Shown: positions 1 to 14,900 of the stretch, piece after piece
Layout of the letters: each line of letters starts with the position of its first letter
How positions within the stretch are numbered: the first letter of the stretch is position 1
NCBI GenBank assembly: GCA_964057225.1
Contig: OZ059898.1
Location: forward strand, 15,624,001 to 15,688,000
Source of the DNA: Auanema rhodensis
Lineage: Eukaryota > Animalia > Nematoda
Length of the DNA stretch: 64,000 bases
Direction: 5' to 3'
Made by a program: the position numbers and the translations under genes
Notes under the pieces: model-generated
The model's input: only the letters and a program-made list of their open reading frames with translations
What the model was told of the DNA's origin: nothing
Databases searched by the model: none

Positions 1-108
1 GTTATTTGATTCATATATAGATTGTTATGCCAGTTAGAAGCCATGATGTTTTCCTTTCTAACATCAAACGATGGATTTGGATTTAGTTTCTGATCGTTAT
101 ACTCTTAC

Positions 109-388
109 CTCTAGATTCATATGTAAATCATTACGATTTCTTTGACAATAAGCCTTCCATATAAGAGATAATGGCTTTTCGTAGCAATTTTCACCACGTG
201 CCATGACAGTTAACACATTGCCAAGATAGATGACGTTAACAGATTCGTCCGGCGGGTTGATAGTATATCTGAATGAATAGATTCATGAATCTATTGTTAG
301 AATATATATATAGTTAATACCTTTGCTTCTTCTTACGAAAAGGCAGAGTGAAGAAGTTGGAAGTAGAAGAAGACGTCAACAGTGGCAT
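109..388 (-). CDS. FAM43A/B-like PTB (PID_2) domain protein, first two coding exons (388-321, 268-109); gene continues off the left edge
   Basis: Spliced translation MPLLTSSSTSNFFTLPFRKKKQR/YTINPPDESVNVIYLGNVLTVMARGENCYEKPLSLIWKAYCQRNRNDLHMNLE. The V-x-YLGN..T..ARG..C....IW pattern matches the FAM43 PTB N-terminus. 52-nt GT-AG intron keeps frame, donor gtaag at 108, ATG directly after ttcag. Confidence 0.85.
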
Positions 389-3300
389 CTGAAGGTTGAA
401 GAATGAATAGAATGAATAGAATGAAACAAACAAAAAATTAACGAATGAAAGTTCTTCAGAATATACAAAAATAGAAGAAAATGCTGTTTCAATATTAAAA
501 AACCAAAAAGATTTTAATCTTAGCACCAAACTTGAAAATCAGCCGATCAGGTCAATAATGAAGTTAAAAACCGAACAAAAAGTGAGAAAAAAACAAATAA
601 TTTGTAGAGAAGAATTGAGATTCATATTTTGATATTATAACTTCATAATATGTTCACAACATTATGTAAATTAGAGTTTTAAAAAGGAATTCGAATCAAG
701 TAATTCAATACAATATGATGCCGTAGATGTCTTCGTTAACAAAACCGGTTAAATAGCTCAGAAGAAGAGAAGAAATAGCTTTATAATCTCGATAGGATGT
801 ACATCGGATGTTGTAATTGAGATATAATTATATTTAAGAAATTATATATAAATGAAATAAAGTTTTAGCTAGTTTATAATGTAATTTGAAGGTAGAAATG
901 AAGATCATTTTCATTTTATATGATATAGCAAGCAGATTACAAGCAGATTTCAGAAGTTCAACAGAAAAAAGTATCTGATTTGATACTTATTTCTTAAAAA
1001 AAACATCGTTCGAAAACATTTTGAACCGTTTGAAATGAAGATTAGGTTGAGTTGTGAAATTAAAAATATGCGAAAGTGCAAGTTCAAACACATGTGCTAG
1101 GTCATGGGAATTCGCAAATCAAAACAAAGTTCATCAAGTATGAGTTAGAGGTTTAATATAAAATAGGTAAAAGAGTCAGAGTAGGAGAGAGAAAGAGAAA
1201 GTGTTTAACAATATTTCCGGATTTTGTTACAAAAATTTGAATGAAGTTGTATGAGATGGATATGATGGAACACTATATTCTAAGGATTATCCATAGGTAA
1301 GTAATCGATTTGGAATATTGCCAATACCATTATAAGTTCAATTGGAACTGTATAAGTCATTAAGTACAGACAATTAAGAAAACTCTCAAATATCGGTTTT
1401 CAATCTTAGCTTAATAGAAGCTTAATCTTTATCTTTGCAGCCACGGATAAGGAACTGGTAAGCCAGTTAGCGGCCTCCGCTTGTTAGCTTTCAAGCTTGT
1501 CAACGAAGCAATTTCGTTGAAATATTGGTGAGAAAGGGATAGTTAACGATAGAGGGAAACTGAACAAGAATGAAAACTAATGAAGAAAGGTGATGAAAGA
1601 GAAAATACAGAAGCGATAGAGAGAAAGGTAGAGATATATATAGAGAGAGAAAAGAAGAGATAGATTAAGAGAGTAGTAAAGAGATAGGGAGAGAAAAATA
1701 AGAAGAGAGTGAGAGAAAGAATGAGATTAAGAGAAAAAAATAAAAAATGTAGAGACGAATAGGAATACGAGGAAAGGATCAGAAGCTGTGACGTAGTTAA
1801 GGAGAAGTTTTCGCATAGTTGTTCAAGGGTAAGGATCTTGATGTGGAAAAAAACAGAATAGTTTCATTGATATCTTTATTTTAAAAGTTTTCAACTTGTG
1901 TCTGTGTGTGTTTGCTCTTCTATCAGGTATCTTGAGAGATTAAAAACTATTTTGTGAGATATGGAAGATATAGAAGACTTAGAAAGCAATAGTTGTGAAA
2001 GGGTTTAGGGGAATCCTTTCTACATTTCGATGATCAATCAGCATCTGTGGACAGTCGGTTACGTTCTCTCATTTTTCTGTCAACTTCTTGCCTTTCAATT
2101 CAAACTTTTGCTTTTGATTTTCAGCAAATTTTAGCAATTGGCTGACTTCCCTGCTCGCTAGATGACAGCTCAAAACCGTCAGAAGCAAGACGGTGCAATC
2201 GGAAAAGAAACGTTGAATATCCGAGCAGCGCTAGGATTTGTTCGATTCGTTTGACATTTCAGACATTTTTTGGTCAAATAAAAACTGAAAGACAGTTTCT
2301 TATATATATATATATATATTATCTAATAATATGAGAAAAGGAAGGTAAAATGAAAATAAAATTGAAATACGCACTCAGTATTGGACAAACAATTTGATGA
2401 CATCAGGAAAGACAATTCGCATTGAAGTTCCCAACTCGTTGATCTCAAATATACATTTTTTTCTCTTCTCTCCTAATCGAAATAAAGAAAGAGAGTTAGA
2501 AATAGTATTTGACAACATAATTTTAATGGAAATTATATAAAAAACTTTGGATACTTTGCCATATGCTCTTGAAGAAAAAGAATTTCTCATCGAGACATCG
2601 TGAAACAATCAAGACATTTTGGGAAGTACTTAGCAAAAGCACTTGAAATAGCAAAATGGGTTTGGCTGGCTGGTTGATTGTAAGTAAGATCCAGATGAAC
2701 AAATCGAAAAGTAGGTATGGAAATGGAGATGAATATGAATGAGGAAATGATGATGAAGATGAAGAAGAGGACAACGACGATGAAGAAAAATGGGCGGCAG
2801 GTTATAAGACCAACGGTTACATCAGTCGGCGGAAAGCAGAGAAGACATTTAGGCAGAATGGGCTGCGAGGTTGGAAGGTGGAAACGATCTCTTGCAAGAG
2901 GTCAAATGTGATTTACAGAACTTAAATATGTCAAGAAGGAGAACACAAAGATAAGAGGACGAGAGAAATAGAGAAGTTTATAAGATTCATCGCAAATTTT
3001 CTAAAGAAATCAAAGAATATTAAAACAACTTGTGTATACTTAAATATATTATAACAAGGATTAAACATAAATGTCAATGTACAGAGACAGAAAAAATGAG
3101 GCAAAAAGGTGGGAAAAGATATGGCTACAAACGACGGATTAACGATATGAATTGTCTCTCCCAGCCTAGACATCTTCAGAGAAGGAGTCGGAGCACAGAA
3201 CCAAATAGTACGAGAGACTATGAATAATCAGAGTGAAGAAATAAACAAGAGAGATATTGATATACATAGAGAGAGTGAACGAAAAATGAGGAAAAGTGTG

Positions 3301-4814
3301 AGGCTGTTGGCTAACAAGAGAAATAGAGAAGGGGGGGGGGACCTCTGCAGATGATGTTCGACAACCGTAGAAACCGGTCGTTATCTGTGCCAAGAGAATG
3401 TTGATTCCTCTCGTTTTTCCGAAAATTTCTGTCAACTATTCTTGTCATAGTTCCTTTGAGATTGGTTTGTTTCTCGAAAAGTTACTACTATCAGATGTCT
3501 TTTGTATAGTTTAGTCATAGGTTCATGAAAAGAAACCTATGAGCGATACCATATAAAGAATTTGGGGAGAAATGATGAGATGGGTCAGCAGCATAAAGAC
3601 GATAGATGAGGAGTTTGTTGATGGGTGTTTTCGGATTGATGACTGCAAAAAAATAGAAAAATTACAAAAGAACTTGGAAAAAAAGGAAGAAGAAGTCAAT
3701 TTACAAACTAGATCATGTTTTTTCAATTTTACAAAATATGAAAATGGAATCTTATTTTTTTTAATATTTAATTAGTTTTAATATATAATAATAATAATTA
3801 TACATATTTTATATAAAATCTTTTTAATAAATAAAGAAAAAAAAGAAGAAAAAGGGAGAAAGAACTTGATAGTGAACAGGAAAAATAATGTGAAGAGAGG
3901 AAAAAAACCAAAAATACATGAAATTAAGAAGAAAAAAACATGGAATAAATAGCCTTTTTATCTATTTTTTTGTTACAAAAAAAAAGAAATAAAGCTTATG
4001 TTTGGGACATCGTCTTGTTATAGTCCGAAAATCATTTTTTTTCAAGATTCTAGAATGAAAACATGATTGAAGTTTGTAGACATTTAGAATCATGACCAGA
4101 CTAGCCATCATGACACCAGTAGGGGGGGGGAGAGGTTGAGAGACATGGCAGAAAACTAGGTTCTGCGGTCTGAGTACAGAATGATAAGCGTCGCATTCTT
4201 GGATGATTCGTCTTGTCCGCCAGTTTTGCTCACAATCTGCTAATGTTGTTCATGGTGCAGCATGAGAGCATTGACAAGATCGAAGACGTTCATCTGAATC
4301 AAATTGTCGATCAGACAATCAGATGAGTGATGAAGCCGATAGAGGAGATGGTGTAGAGAATTAGAAATAATAGGAAAGAATTGCATATGAGTGGAAGAGA
4401 GATAGGAGGAAGAGAACGAGAAACAGATAGATACTGCGCTTTCTGAGCACAATGTGTGTTAGAGCAGCATAAGGACGAAATATTGAAACATACAGTTTGC
4501 AATCTTGCCTCTCTCTCTATTTCTCTTACATTCATAGAATATTTTCTTCATTTACTGATAGTCGTGTTATATTCTCTTCAAATTATTTTATCTCTCATTC
4601 TCTCTTTCTCTCTCTCTTATATTCGTCTTAAATTATAAATATATAAAGTTGATGGCCATTGGTCAAATTGCGCTTGAAGCAAACATAGAGAGATTTTCAT
4701 AAATTGAATAGAAAGAATGATATTCAAAAGATATAATAACAATGAATAAAAGAAATTTCAGATCAATTTGTAATATAAAATATAAGAAAGAGAAAGGGAA
4801 ATAAAGAGGTAAAA

Positions 4815-4854
<40 letters not shown>

Positions 4855-6531
4855 AGGGAAATAAGGAAAGATAAGCATATAATAATTGAAAATTAAAAGA
4901 AAATATATGTAATGTTACATAGTATAGTAGTATATACATAAACTTATATATTAATATTAGAAAATAAACTAATCATGTTGTATGTTTGTAAGTATAAGAG
5001 TGTGTTATGGTGACTTAGGTCGTTTCTAATCCAAATATCGAAGTGAACCTGACCAGAGGTCAGACCACACTCTAGGTCTGAGGTGTGATTGATTGCCAAT
5101 GGCTTTAGAGGTTTGTGATTATCAAGATAAATGAGAAAAGATGGAAAAAGAGAAAAGGAGAGAGTTCCAGAGAAATATATCAAAATCTTGAAAATGAACA
5201 GTTCATGAGAATAACTGAATTTTGTGAAAAAAACCTAAACTATCTTAGTCATGGGTTGCAATTTTTGAAAAAAAAACACGCATGGTTAGGTGGGCGGGAA
5301 TATATATAACGGATGTTTAAAAATAAATTTTATTTGTTTTCAATCCTTTTTGAGAATTTTCTTTTTATTTTTTGGAAAATAGAGAAGAAGGAGGGGGGGG
5401 GGGAGTTATGTGTAGTCAACGACAAGTATTTTATTGGTATTTAAGGACAAAGTTAAAATGATGTTCAGTATAACTGAATTTTATGTTTTTTTGTTGTTGA
5501 AAAAATAGACAGATAGAGAGAAATGACATCATAACTGAGCGTCTGGAGACGAATGTTGTAGTAGAGGAGAAGCATGGCCTTAATCTGAAAAAAAAACTGA
5601 ATGAAGTGGAATGTTCAAAGAAGACATACATATGAATGAAAAGACAATTAACAATTATGAAATATATTTTTTTTAAACGAATATGATGGTGAAGAAGAGA
5701 AAAAAACAAGAATAGACAAATGCTGATACCAGCCGAACATATGGAGAACATATTTGAGATGAGGTTCAAACATCTGAAGGAAGGTCTTGTGGATAGACGC
5801 TGATGAATGAAGGATGTTCATGAGATTTTGGATGTAAAATGCATTAAAATAGAAAAATAAACATATTTATAAGAGTATAATTTGAATTTATATAAAAGAT
5901 ATGAAAGAAAAGAAGATTTTTATAAAGATTGAATATACTATGACGATAATTATATGAAATAAAAAGAAAAAAAGAGAATACTATACATCTAAGTTGAACG
6001 AAAAAAAAAGAAAAAAGAAAAAGAAAAAATATTTTTAGTAGTATATATAGATGTTGATAAAGCATATTAGTATATGATAAGAATGTGAATACATAGATGT
6101 ATGTCACATTAACTGAGAAGAATAAACTTTACTGAATGAGGACAAATGGTTTGACCATACTTTTCATTTTACATGGGACATCCTATATACTACTATATGG
6201 TATAGGAAGGTGAGAAGAGATATGATTGAAGCCAAAAAAGTGGAAAACGAATGGATCAACACCTGCTTGTCAAGGTGAGAATTAAGATGAACATGCATAA
6301 ACATACATACTAGTTTGACATATAAGTTGATATTTCTATTGTTAGATGACCCTTGACTGTTAGGAAGAAGGAGAAGATGATGATGTGATTGGGGAGGGGT
6401 TAGGGGGGGAGATGGAAGGAGAATGGTAGTGTTGCTGCTGGAAGAGGATGAGTTGTTTAGATGACGTACATATAGATATATAGATACACACATACATCTA
6501 TCTATCTATATGTATACATTTACTGAAAAGG

Positions 6532-6534
<3 letters not shown>

Positions 6535-6590
<56 letters not shown>
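6535..6590 (+). repeat. (GA)28 microsatellite
   Basis: Perfect dinucleotide run read directly. Confidence 0.95.
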
Positions 6591-6594
<4 letters not shown>

Positions 6595-8492
6595 CACATA
6601 GCTAGAACGATACTATGAATATAGACATAAGTTGTGATTACGTGATGGTATTCAATTCAGTCACGGATGGAGGACGAATGTTGATGATGTACGGTGAGAG
6701 GTCGCTGATGATGACGATGATGGAATATGCCAGGTATTGATGACATCATATGTCTGATTTACACGGATTTTGAAGATCAGCAGTAGTTTTTGGCAATATA
6801 TACATACATACAACATCATGACTCACATCAAAATGAGAAAATGTAAAGTTGTTGAAATGAGGAAAATTGAATTACAACGTGTTTACGTGGAAAATGACGT
6901 GAGATATGGATATGACATTCAAATACACATGCACATACACATACTTTCATGTGTATGCAAGTAGATCGGTTGCACATCATCATCATCATCATCATCATCT
7001 TACTCTTGTTATAACCTTTTAATCTTTTTTAGTCTTCATTTACAACCAATAGATTTAAGTTTTCAAATATTTAATGTTTTTGAGACGAAAATCGACGAAA
7101 GAACTTTCTAGATGCTCCACCCGAGACTGAAGCATTCATCTTTCAAATCATTTTTCGTTTTGTGGCGGACGTTGACCACCCCGAAGAAGAATTGCCTTTT
7201 AAAATCGTTATGACAAATAGTTTAAGAAATGGCTAGAGAGCATGATATACATTTATGGAATAGAGGTTGGGATGAGGAGTGAGAGGTTGATAGAGAGAGA
7301 GAGGGAAAGAAAAAGATTGAAATAGATACGAGAACTAGGAATGGTTTATAGAAAAACAAAGAGAGAGAGAGAGAGAAACTATATGTTGTATGTGTTCAAA
7401 GATTCAGGAATAAGAGAAACAAAGAAGGAAAAAAGGCTTAATCGAGACAGAGTTGACCAGCTGATTTCGGCGAACGAGATGAAAAAGAAACCGTTCTTGA
7501 AACAGAAAACGAAGAACAGCTTAAATTGTGGCCAAATATAGAGATTTCATCACAAACTCCAAACAAGCTGAGCTAAAAAAAGGAAGAAATAAAAGACAAA
7601 AACGGATGGAGAGAAAGAGAAAAGCCGACAAATAGTATGGGTGAGTAGAAATGAAAACGGAATTCAACAAGACAACAAGAAAAAAACTATATGTGTTGTA
7701 TGTATATTAGAGATGAGAGCTATGGCTTCTAAATGAAATAAAAATAGTTTTAAAGCGTAGAGGAAGTATCATCAAGTGAATCAGACAGGAAGTCTATGAA
7801 TCAGATGATGAAAGAGAGAAAGAGAGAGAGAGGGGGGGGATGGAATAAGAGAGGGTGGTGGTAGAAGAATGACAAGATTATCGTAGAGTTCGAAGAAAAG
7901 AGGAAGTAGGTTCAAAGAAGAAAGAAGTTCAATATCAATATTACTTCAATTAGTTGACAACATAGTTTGTAAATGGCATATTTGATTAAAATAAAAATCA
8001 AATTTAATAGATTTTGGACTATTTTCATTGTTTTTGATTAAAATATCAAGATTGTGAGAAAGTTCAAAGGTATAACGACCTCAATACAAAAGTTACGATG
8101 AGATTGGAGTTAGATGAAAAGAAGAAGAAAATGAATAATAATAGTATAGAAAACAAAGTTTTATATTCTGGTAACTTAAAGTTTGTTATCAAAAAAAAAA
8201 AGAAAAAAAGAATAAAAACGAAGAACTTTGTGAAGAAAAACAGGAAACAGCATAATCAACTGTTAATTTGAATACAGTACAATGTGTGATGATGGTTTTA
8301 AGAACTTTTTGTAAAGAAGGATAATGAAAGAAAACGAAAATATACTTTCTTTGCTGATCACAAGCTCTAGGAACGACATGGCTATAACTTTAATAGATGT
8401 ATGTAGTTGAACATAGAATTAGAAGAGAAAGGACAACACAATGAAGAGCAAAACGACAAGAATAACAGCAAGAATGGAGTAAGAACAGAGAG

Positions 8493-8664
<172 letters not shown>

Positions 8665-10289
8665 GACTACATTCACAAAAACATTTACATGTTCATCACC
8701 AAAGCTTTCGAATGATGTTTATCACGAAATGGGTTTTTCCATTCTTCAGTAGAAGAAGACTTATCTTTCAATCTTTGGTTTTGAACTTATACAAGATAGT
8801 TGTGATGATGGAAGATTCATACTAATGATGATGACGATGACAAGCAAGCACAAAGACAACATGCTTACAGATAGTGTGTGAGCACTGTTAAGACTGCCGG
8901 ATTGTTGTTTGTTCGAGACTAACGGTAGCGACGAAACTAAGCGGAAAAAAGCTTTGACGCAACTTTCAGAAATTTCATGCATGAAACATAGAAGAAAACG
9001 GCTGGTAAAGTCTTCCGCGCCAACTATTTTTAGTTGAATTTCAAGAAAATTCAAAACAGAATTTGAAGGAACATACCATGGCGGCAAAGTTTGAAAAGAA
9101 TTCAATTTGACAAATCCAGTATTCAGTGATGAATATGATGATGCGAATTTGAGTTATATGCATATAATTATGTATAAACTTCTTCATATATAGTTGTGTT
9201 TTTCATGGAAAATGGAGGTGTTGCAACTTCAAGATATGCAGGTGCAGGCGGTTGTGGAGTGCATGAATAGCTTTTGGGTGCAACTTGGATTTTAAACTCA
9301 TTGACATCACATCTCAACTCATTGCCTTGATTTGCACCTCAGTATGAGTGAAATGACGCTGTTGCAGTTTTCTAAGAGAGGAGGTTGAAAGTCATGATGA
9401 CGGAGTTTTCGTGGAATTTGAACATTTTGATAATTGGAAGAGACATTGTGAGCTAAGACGGAAGAAGTGTGGGATATTCCGTGCAACAGCACTGACTGAA
9501 AATTGGTAATAAGAGACAGAGAGAGAGAGAAAGAGAGAGAGAGATACAAGAAAATGCTGGTTGGGAGTGTTGTAGTAGACCAAGTCAATAGGATGGTTCA
9601 ATGGATAGAAAGGAAGGATGAGGTCTCAAGAATATCAACGAGAATTGAAACTTTCCGGAAATGCCCTGAATTATCTCAAATCTGATGCTGATGTAGTTGA
9701 CAAGTTGGACTTGTTGTTTCATATCAAACGACATTTGATTTTCAGTTTAAAAACTTTGTTTGAGTCGAAAGTAGAAAGAAAGTAGTATAGGAGGAGTACA
9801 AGAAGAGAACTTTTTTTAAAAGAAAAAATTAGTTGAATGTCTATGTTTTAAGTAAATAAATGATAAAATTTAAAGTAAAATTGAAAATAATAAGAAACGG
9901 AAAAGAAAAATTTCTAATTTTAACTGAAAAAAAACCAAAACAAAGATATTTGAAATGTAACTGTCAGTTAGCTAATAACTAAACAGCTAGCCTCAAGTTC
10001 TTAGACTCGTGTATACGATTGAGGCAGACAGAAGATGAAGGAGAACAAAGATCTGACCAGTTGAGAATAATTTTGTGGAAAAAGAATAAAAGGAAGTTTT
10101 TCAGTATGTATGTGTATATATGCCTGGAAGGGGAGGTCTAGCTAGGATAGGATGGTAGTAGTGCACTAGCTGAATAGGGTGTAGACGTTGAAATGGAGAC
10201 TAGAAGGTATGGGAGGCTAGGCTCAAACTGGTCCGGTTATGAATAGATTCAGGCACGTAGCCATATTCCTCCGTCGTCAGCTGCAACAG

Positions 10290-10357
10290 CATCATCATCA
10301 TCATCCTCATCATCATCATCATCATCGTCACCATCATCATCATCATCATCATCATCC
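10290..10357 (+). repeat. imperfect (CAT)n trinucleotide repeat
   Basis: catcatcat... with occasional cct/cgt/cac variants. Confidence 0.9.
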
Positions 10358-12435
10358 TCGTTGTCGTTAGGCCATGCGTATGTTTGTGAAATGTGAGTGA
10401 CTATGTCTTCAACAGACGGCATCTCGGCAATATCGTTGTCGTCAGCTTAATGTATACCATGTTACGTTGACGTGAAAATGAAACGGCATCACAGACAAAA
10501 AGAAAATATAAATAGATGAAATGAAGTAGATAGAGATGTATATTGATTATATAATTAGTACTTTCTCTATATACTTGTATATATAATTAGTCTTGTCCGG
10601 AACATAATATGAGTGACAGTCGCGTCATCTGTATACTGTGTTGTCTCTTGTTGGCGTTGACACGCAAAATGTTGCAAATCGTCAATTCAGAAGAGAGTAC
10701 CAGATAAATCTTTCAAATTATAATGTGCATTATGAGTCATTCTCGGAAACCATTCCTTCATTGTATTCATATAATTGACTAAGTATAATTGACGAAATGG
10801 TTGCTGATTAATATCCAAACTTGTTGACTTTCATTCCATATTAGCATGGACTGGGTGGCCGAAAACCGGTTTAGTCTGTACAGTCTTGACCTAAAATTGG
10901 TGGAGCTCGACAAAGACCAAGAACAATGAATATACATATGATTTGACCGTTTCGAACTCAGCTTCAATGAGAATACCGGAGAAGAAAGGTGGGGGGATGG
11001 AGGGAGAGAGTGTGAGGAACTGTATTGAATGAGCGAAAAGTCAGTTGGTGTCAGTTGGTGAAATATATTGAAAGAACAATGTTATAAGAGAAAACAAAGT
11101 GATATGATAAAGTAAAAGCTGGAAATGTATGATTGCAATCAAATGGAGGGAAAAGAGGTGGAGAGGATGAATTAGAAGAGAAAATCGAGGTGTTCAAATT
11201 AAATTCTTAACGATTCAATACATTAAGCTAATAGGCTTGATAGACAAACCAATTAAATGTTTTCTTTTCTTTCGTTTTTTTTACTTTGTGGACTATTGGC
11301 TAATTTGTTCTGAAAGCATGGGGAAAAGAGAAAATGGACCAGAGATAGCTTGTGCAGATTCTCTCTATCAAAATTAACGTTTCTATAGAGAGAGAGCGAA
11401 AGGTAAAGAGAGAGAAATGTAAAGAGAGAGAGAAAGGACGAAGTAATAGCTCAAGCGGACAACAGAAAAAACAGCTTCAAAAGCAAATTTCATGAAAAGA
11501 AGCCGAAAGTAAGCATGACTATCATCTTCGTCTTAATCATCGACTAGATTGAAACTGTATCAGAAGTGAATAAACTTTTTTTTTCTTATACTTTTTCTTT
11601 ATTTCTCCTTCTTCTTCCTTTCTTCATGTCTCGTGGCATTAGGAAAACTGAGACTAATCGTTCCTGTTCAGGAAACGACCGAAAACAAGACAAGAATTGT
11701 CTGATATAGTTCAGAGCAAGGAGTGCAAGGAAAAAAATCATAAAGCTCTAGAAGACGATTCCGTTGTTTGTCCAGGCTGTCTAGCTTCAAATAGCTAGTA
11801 TGTTCAGGTTGTGTTGTTTTTTTTTGTCTGAATGAAGGAAAAACTTGAGAATGGACGGAATAATTGCACTGACGGTTCAAGTTGGAGCGGCAATCTGAAA
11901 CATGTTTGAATTTAGTCGGTTGAATAAGCATCTATGAAATGAGAGCAAGACGAAACTTATGCGAAATGAGATTTTTCCTTTTTTTTTCTAAAAAAAGATT
12001 TTTGAAGGATATAGGAAAACGAAAATTGAATAAACATTTCATACTTGCATGCAGTATATGAGGAAGAGCAAAATATAAGAAAAACAATACTTAAGTCGAA
12101 AGCATAGTACGAAGAGAGAAAAGTGTCTTTATGTAAAAAAGTGCAGAGAAATTTTCTTTTTTATCCTTGAGAATATATAATAAATTATAAAAATTATAGA
12201 ATAAAAACAATTAAATAGGAGAAAAAAGAAAGTTTTATGTGTTATGGCTGAGATGAAGAAACACTAATTACCTTGGAAATAGGCATGATTAAGAGCTTTT
12301 GAAAAATAAATTGAGAGCATTCACGGAATCATTCTCTTAAGCTTGAACAGCATTAATGCTTGATAAACTAATATATAAATTAACATTTGTAAGAGATGAT
12401 TGGAAAAGAGAGAGAGAGAGTGAGAGAGAGAGAGA

Positions 12436-12471
<36 letters not shown>

Positions 12472-14865
12472 AAAATGAAAAATGAACTGTTTCCACTCGA
12501 AGATTTGAGCAGCATGTGATGAGTATCATGAGTATATTTCGGTTAACTTAATGTCAAAGGTCTTACAGCTTTCGTGTGAAAGTCATTCGATATTGATATG
12601 AGTAAGTTTTAGCATAAAAAAATGTTTTTTTCGAACAACAAACAAGCTTGAGAAGAAGAGAAATAGAGAATAAGTTGAACTAGAGTTGTAACCTATTCAC
12701 TGTATGGGTAGATTATACAAAGTAAAGAAGATTAACTATCGGTACACTACATTTGAGGAAGTAAGGCAATAGTAAGTTAAGTTATTTATGCGAAAATTCA
12801 AATATTTTCTTTTTTTGGCCAAAAAAAAATTCGAACGGTTGTTAGATGATGAAAGTCAAATGTTTTCTTTAAAGTTACAGAGGAAAAAAAAGTGTTTTTA
12901 GTTTGGTAAATAAGAAAAAGAAAGGAAAAAGAAATGAAATGTAGGAGCAAAAGCTTGGTGACTATGAAAACGTATGTAATTTGAAACGTTTTCATATATT
13001 ATAAATCGTCAACAAAACTTTTGACAAGACAAAGTCTATTTTCATGGAAAGAAAAATAATAAAGAAAATAAATGATTTGGGATGTATTTGAAAACAAGTT
13101 AAATGACTTAATTTAATCGTGATGTTCAATGATCAGGATACAAAGAAATATCAGGTAATATGCGAACAGCTTCACAAGAGTTTTTCAGAAAAGAGATGAC
13201 GCCACCAGTTATTTTGAAAATCATGTGTGAAACGACGACGAAATAAAGAGTAATATGAAATGTATAAATAAAGAGAGTGAGAGGAAGAGTGAGAGAGAGA
13301 GAGAGAGGGGGGGGGGAGAGAGAAGTAAGATGGTGATGAGCAAAAAGCAAAATATGAAAACGGAAATAATCACGGGAAACGTACTTGTACATGGAGTCTG
13401 GGAATTATAAGTTGAGGAAAAAATATAAAAGAATATAAGATGTAAGCTAAGTAGTACTGAAAGATAGAACTATTTTCGAAAAATGGACACAGTAGTATTG
13501 AGATTTGCTGATTGAGGAGGGAAATGACCAGAGGAATAACTGCTGACGGGACGGTTGGGACTGGCGGCGAACGCTCTAGTCGCCATCGTCGTATACGAAG
13601 GAAGCAACGATAAACTAATGATATAGTGGTAGGGGAACATGAAAGAGAATATAGTATGATGTCTCATCTTATGCTACAACATCGACAAAGATGAAGGAGA
13701 AGAAGAAGAAGGCATAGTTTGAGAAGAAGAAACGATGGAAAGGAAATGACGTTGTTAAGTACAGAAGGAAATGACCCACGACGGATATACGATTACTGGA
13801 CAGAACTGAAAAATCGTAAAAAGTGGAGAAAAAAGAAAAAGAAAAGGGAAATGTTTAATGGAATTAAGGGATATCATCGGATAAAGGTTTGAAAAAAAGT
13901 GTTGCCAAGAAGAAAAAAACGAAATGTCAGATGAGATAGATAGTACATGAGAGCAAGTTTGATAAAGCAGACAAATATGACGAAAAGAAGCTTGTTATGT
14001 CAGTATTGCCACACTAAGAATGGGAACAGGAGAGGGATGGGAGAAGGGTGTTCGGAAGGAACAGGGAAAGAAACGAGATTTTCAGAGAATATTTGAAGAA
14101 AAGTTTTAGAAAAAAAAAGTTAAAGCTTAAATGAAACATCATGTTTTGAGTTAGATATAGCAGCTGATGAGCGAGCAGAACGCAATGTTCTCATGCTGAT
14201 CTATAGACATTGAAGATGCCTGCAGATCTACCTTTACATATAGATATATATATATATATCTGGCTATATCTGCAAAAAAAAATATTTTAGAAATAGAATA
14301 TGCGTGTGTTTTTTGAAAAAAAATGGTTAATAAAGGATATGAGAAGAAAAAAAGAGTAGGAGGATGAGTATCTGAAGCAGAAGTAGATCATGAGAAAGAA
14401 ATGGAGAACATTAGTAAAGAAGGTAGTGCAGATGAACGAAGAAGATAAACCAAAACACATACAGCATATGCAACTTGTTACTTAGAGCCTATCTACTACT
14501 GACCACATGTACACATGTATATGTATATGTAGTACATGATATAGGTGGAGATGAACATACATGGGCATGTTTCCCTGATGTTCTTCCTACATCTCTTCTG
14601 CTTTTCGACAATGTTATTACATTACAAAGATATAAATGATCTTTAAAATGAGAAAAAAGATGGAGGTATTACGGCATAAATATGTTTTCATTGTCTGTGA
14701 TGTCTTAGTTTTCAAAAAGTATTTTTACCATTTTTTTTGTTTTAAAGAGCTCAAATTCGTTTTTTTCGATCTCTGGACGGCATGTTCTTGCTCTTTAGCT
14801 CTCTGTTTTCATTCGCATTCAGTCTATCTATCTATTTCTCTTTGTCTTGCTCTTTTGCTCTCTTG

Positions 14866-14900
<35 letters not shown>

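Noticed and set aside
2150-2260. Short stems plus GTTCGATTC resembling a tRNA T-loop or B-box
   Set aside because: The T-stem does not pair and there is no acceptor stem or anticodon arm.
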